Shown here: piece by piece, positions 59,068 through 64,000 of the stretch
Numbering within the stretch: position 1 is the first letter of the stretch
How the letters are laid out: the number at the start of each line of letters is the position of its first letter
DNA from: Cycas panzhihuaensis
Taxonomy: Eukaryota > Plantae > Cycadophyta
Length of the DNA stretch: 64,000 nucleotides
Assembly (NCBI GenBank): GCA_023213395.1
Contig: CM041465.1
Location: forward strand, 168,833,741 to 168,897,740
Direction: 5' to 3'
Translations under genes and position numbers: made by a program
Notes under the pieces: model-generated
The model's input: only the letters and a program-made list of their open reading frames with translations
Database searches by the model: none
Told to the model about the DNA's origin: nothing

Positions 59068-62000
59068 ATGGCCTCAAGCATAAGTAATATAATAGTGCCA
59101 AAGTTTGATGGTACTAACTTTTTGAATTAGAGTCAAAGAATGAAACTCATCTTTATGTCAAATGATGTGGGACTTGATTGAAATAGGTTATGGAGCACTT
59201 ATTGGTAATGTTATTGAAGACCAGAAGAAGACCTATAAAAATAATGAAAAATGAGATAATGAAGCATTTGTGATTATCTCTTGCATACTAAAAGATCACA
59301 TTTTTCTAAGGGTTAGTGAAGCATCTATATCAAAGGAGACATAATACATATCAAAGACCACCTACAAACAAGTTGCTACATCTAAATTCCAAATATTAAG
59401 GAGTAAGTTTGAAAACTATAGGATAAATAATAATGAAAGAGTAAATGGTTTTATAATAAAAATACAAAGCCTAGTCAATCAAATGAAGGCCTTAAGAGAA
59501 GTTATTACTAAATAAATAGTGGTAGAGAAGATCTTAAGATATGTTAGTGATATTAAAAGATTTGAAATAGTTACCACAAGTATTTAGATATCTAAGGACC
59601 TAACTACCCTTAAAATTGATCAATTAATTATAATATTACTTATTGTTAAAGAGAAAAATGAGGGTAGCAAATTTTTAGAGCATGTCTTTGCCACCAAAGC
59701 AAAGATTAGGCCTACTTTTCAAGGTCAAAGTTCTAAGGGAGGAGGATAATCTCCTAGAAGAAGAGGTCAATAACTTAGAAATTAAAATCAATCTCATCAA
59801 AGATAAGGTCAAGTATATCAAGAGTAAGGGCAATATCATTAAGGTCAAGGATATTTTCATTTAAGTCAAAATCAAATTCAAAATAAAAAATAAATATATT
59901 TTTAAAACCACTTTTATCAAGTTCAAGGATAAAATTTTGAATCTCAAGGAATAAGTAGAGGTCAAAGTCTAAGATGTAAGAGCTAAGGACAAAGAAGAAG
60001 AAGTCATAAAGGTAAAGGAATAATGTAATATTCCTATTACCATAGAAATAGACAATTACAGGAAAATTATTTTATGAAAAGATCCAATTTATAATGGGGG
60101 ACTACTAGTATATCTGTTTCTTTTAAGTTTGATAGTAAATAAATAAGCAGATAGTTGGTATATTAATTTAGAATATTCTACATGCATGACACATAGAAAA
60201 GAATGGTTCAAGGAATTAGACTGTTGGACTATGGCTGGTTCACTTACCGAGGAGTCCTCTTCTCAAATCACCCACAGGCTTTTGGTGTAACAGTAAGTTA
60301 CAAGTGGTATCAGAGCCCAGGTTCAAGGTTCAAATCTTGTGCATATATTAGACAAAGTCCCTTTTCTTGATGGGGTTCCCATGCACCCCTGATTCAGGTG
60401 GAATTATAACACAAGTGATACGTACTTGGCAGCTTCCTTGTCACAAAGGAATGTTGGACTATGGCTACTTCACTTGCTGAGGAGTCCTCTTTCCAAATCA
60501 CCCGCAAGCTTTTGGTGTAATGACAAGTCACATAAACAACACTAAAAGGAGCAAAATCATATTTGGAGATAACACCACTCAAGCTACAGTTAGTAAACAT
60601 AATGTTTCCATATAAATAAAATTTGAAGAAATAGTATATATCAATGATATACTTCATATCCTAACACTTAAGAAAAATTTGTTATCAATAAGGGAAATGA
60701 TGGAGCAAAAATACAAAGTAATCTTTAGTAATAAGGAGTGTACTATTAGGAATAAGTTAAAGAATAACGTAATAGTCGTTAAAGGACAAATAACTAATGA
60801 TAGATTATTTAAACTAGTCATTTTCCTAATTAGCTATTATACCTTAAAGGTTTTAACCAATGTGGATAGTGAAACATGGTATAAAAGACTTGGCTATGTG
60901 AACTATAATAGTTTGGTTTTAATAAAGAAGATAGAAATAGTGATACGACTACCTAATATTGAACATAACAAGGAAGTGTACGAAAGGTGTACACTATTTA
61001 AATAATAAAGGGAAGGGTTCTCTAATAAAAATTATAGGGTCAATGGGCCTCTTCAATTAGTACATGTAGACTTATATAGACCAATAGTTATACCTTCACT
61101 TGGTGGAGCCAAGTATCTCATAACATTCATTGATGATTTTACAAAGATAACTTAGGTTTACTTTCTCAAGCTCAAGTTAAATATACTTTAATACTTCATT
61201 GACTTTAAAAATATAATTGAAAGATAAAGTGGACATAAAATTTTGATCGTAAAACTAGATAATGGGAGATAATTCATTTTAAATAAATTTAAGCATTACT
61301 GTAGATATTTTAAGATAAGAAAATAATTTACAAATCCTTATACACCTCAATAAAATGGGGTTATAAAAAGAAAAAACATGATAATTGTTAAAATAGCAAG
61401 AAGTATACTTAAGGATAAATATCTTGGCAATGAATATTAGGCATAGTTATACACACAATTGTCTATTTATTGAACAAGTATACCACCAAAGCAGTGAGAT
61501 GAGTTATACTTGAAGAAGCTCAGTTAGGTTATAAACCAAACATTAAACATTTAAGAGTTTTTTGGTGCATAACTTATTCACATATCCTTGAATAAAGGAG
61601 GATAAAATTAAATAACAAGAGCACCAAGTATATATTTATAGGATATAATGACTCATCTAGATCGTATCAACTTTATGATTCAAAAGGCAAAAGGATTATT
61701 ATGAGATGGAACGTCATCTTCAAGGAAGATGAATCATATTAAGATGAAGTTATTAAAAAGGACAAAGGTAAAAATATTATGGTTGAAGTAGACTCTAACT
61801 CAAGTGGTACAAATGTACCTAGTGCATATAAAGTAGGACCTTCTACTTTAAGCCAAAGGATCCTAAAATGGGTACAAAAGGCTTATAACCATCAAAATAT
61901 CTTAGAAACAAACTTTGAGAGAAGAACAACATGATCTCAAAGGGTGAATTTTACACTTATAACTCAAGTTATGGAGTTTAATTAACCTTATAACTTTGAA

Positions 62001-63130
62001 GAGGCAAATAGTCAAGATGAATGGAAGAATATAATGAAGGAAGAGTATAATGGCTTAGTGAAAAATAACATATGGGAGTTAGTAGAGTTGCCACCTAGAA
62101 AGAATGCCATTAAATAAAATGGGTCTATAAGACCAAGTATAAATCAAATAGATCCATTGATAAATACAAGACAAGTTAGATGTAGAAGACTATGATCAAA
62201 TTAAGGGTATGGATTATAATGAAACATTTACACCTATTGTAATATTAGAAATAGTTAGATCAATAATGATATTAACTACACAAAAATATTGGATAGTTTA
62301 TCAAATGGATGTGAAAATCACCTTCTTGAATGGCTATATAGATAAGAAAATATATATCTAACAGATTAAGGGTTTTAAAGTGAGAGGAAGAAAAGACAAT
62401 GTCTATAAACTCAAAAAGACCTTGTATGAACTCAAACAAGCACCTAGAACATGGTAGTTTATAATTAATAAATATTCCAAGGATAAAGGATTCCAAAAAA
62501 GCCAATTAGACCCTAATTTATATGTAAAATTGGAAGAAAGTTCAATACTAATTATGGACTTATATATGGATGACCTAGTATACAATGAGAATCGTGATCA
62601 CTTATCCTAGAAGTTTAAGAAAGATATGTATAAGAATTTAAGATGATAAACTTGGGACTTATGCATTATTGCTTAGGCATAGAAGTATGGCAAGATGGAA
62701 AAGGAATATTTATATCTCAAAGGAAATATACATTAGATATATTATATAAATTCAACATGGTTAGCTATAAGCCACTTGTAATACCAATAAAGATTGGATT
62801 GAAATTGTCTAAGTTTGAGGAATCTTAATCAATTAACCCTACACTTTATAAGTAGTTAATTGGGAGTCTAATTTACTTGAATTTAACTCAACCAGATATT
62901 ATGTATGTAATCAATGTGGTTTTTAGGTTTATGTATAAGGCTAAAGTAAAATATTGACAAGCAGTTAAAAGGATTCTTAGGTATCTTAGATGTACTATTA
63001 GATATGGATTACGTTATAAATCATAAGGGGATTACAAGTTGATTGATTATACAGACTTAGATTGGGCAAGTTATGTAGATGATAGGAAATCTAGTTCAAG
63101 ATATATATTTAGTTTGGGTTCTGGACACAC
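59068..63130 (+). mobile_element. Very degenerate Ty1/copia related to the element at 1458-5699, truncated in RNaseH
   Basis: MASSISNIIVPKFDGTNFLN*SQRM, IIFGDNT, WYKRLGYVNY, TFIDDF, YQMDVK.TFLNG, LYMDDL, LGLMHYCLGIEVWQ. Shares the RVNF.L linker motif with the first copia. LTR not identified. Confidence 0.9.
60222..60532 (+). mobile_element. TRIM (311 bp; 81-bp LTRs)
   Basis: LTRs 60222-60302 and 60452-60532, both TG..CA. PBS TGGTATCAGAGCC at 60305, weak PPT AAAGGAA, TSD TAGAC/TAAAC. Removing it rejoins copia WFKELD|..KIIFGDNT. Confidence 0.93.
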
Positions 63131-64000
63131 GTCTATGGGATAACTACCTAACAAGTAGGTGTGGAGAGAGTGGGTGGTGAAATGATTGAAGGTGGGACCT
63201 AAGAGGTGAGTAACTATCACGCAGAGCGCCCCGTGCGTCGGAGCGCGAGTTCGGGATCTGCAATGGAATATGGCTACTATCAGGTGGTCCTTCACCGCTT
63301 CGAACAAGGGGTGAAGATGCGTAGGGCAAACCTAGGTTGATATAGAGATAGGACCCTCCCACCCTTGGGTGGCTAGAAGGGGGGAAGAGAAGACCCAAAG
63401 GGGATAGGCCAAGAGTATGCCTACACAACCTAACCGGGTACACAAGTGATGCGAGGGGCAAGGCACTTGTGTGGTTGAGGAGAGAAGGAGAAAGGTAAAG
63501 AAAGAGGGTTCCTATAACCTTTCCTATAGATGGTAAAGATACGCGCAGCAAAATAAATGAAACGCAACCAAACATAAGACCAAATTTTTCCTTTTATCTT
63601 CTAATGTGCTAGTTACTAAAGGAGAAATAAAAGAAAAAAGGTAGCAAAGTGGAGCAAGACGTGCACCTAGACCAAAGGGCGTGCATGACGGAAGCCTTCT
63701 CGAGGAGCACCAGACCACTCCACACGGTGCGTTGGATGCAAGATGTTGCAGCGGGTGAAAAAGGGGGCTTCCTTACCTTCCCCGGAAAATCAAATGCGAT
63801 GCCAAAGAAAGAAAGGAAGCACCAACTAATAAATGAAACAACATGAAAATATAACGTATACAAAGTTACTTACCGGCAACGGGACTAATGGGCGATATCC
63901 TTCACGCTCCCCGAATACCTGCAAGCAAAGGCGGTCTCTCCCTTCCCGGAGGAAGAACACTAATATGCAATACAAGATTCTAACAATATACGCCTAAGCA
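63131..64000. mobile_element. Younger GC-rich, CpG-retaining insertion (LTR-like), running off the window end
   Basis: Abrupt switch from AT-rich copia RNaseH (..FSLGSG) to GC-rich non-coding sequence with many CpGs. TAACTACC at 63141 could be a decayed TG terminus. Confidence 0.55.

Overview
AT-rich plant nuclear DNA, probably from a large, heavily methylated genome (gymnosperm-like; inference). It is almost entirely nested, decayed retrotransposons, and I found no intact host gene. In order: a degenerate Ty1/copia (+, ~1.5-5.7 kb); a 1.33-kb tandem duplication; a full-length Reina-like chromovirus with TSD (11889-17924); and a very large Ogre/Tat-like element (~18298-46236). The Ogre/Tat-like element has ~3-kb LTRs, a tRNA-Arg-type PBS, gag-protease, no detectable RT/RNaseH/integrase, and an antisense Plant Mobile Domain (PMD) gene remnant. 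Nested inside it are a Tnt1-like copia (18654-23965, -), a 2.1-kb non-autonomous LTR element (30734-32874) and two kb-scale (AT)n arrays within a tandem duplication. Next comes a CpG-retaining island carrying a collapsed 14-3-3 gene remnant (50592-50870, -), split by a full-length L1-type LINE with RNase H and a 14-bp TSD (51135-57537). The window ends with a second copia related to the first, containing a 311-bp TRIM and cut by a younger GC-rich insertion. All calls come from manual translation and alignment; no database searches were run.
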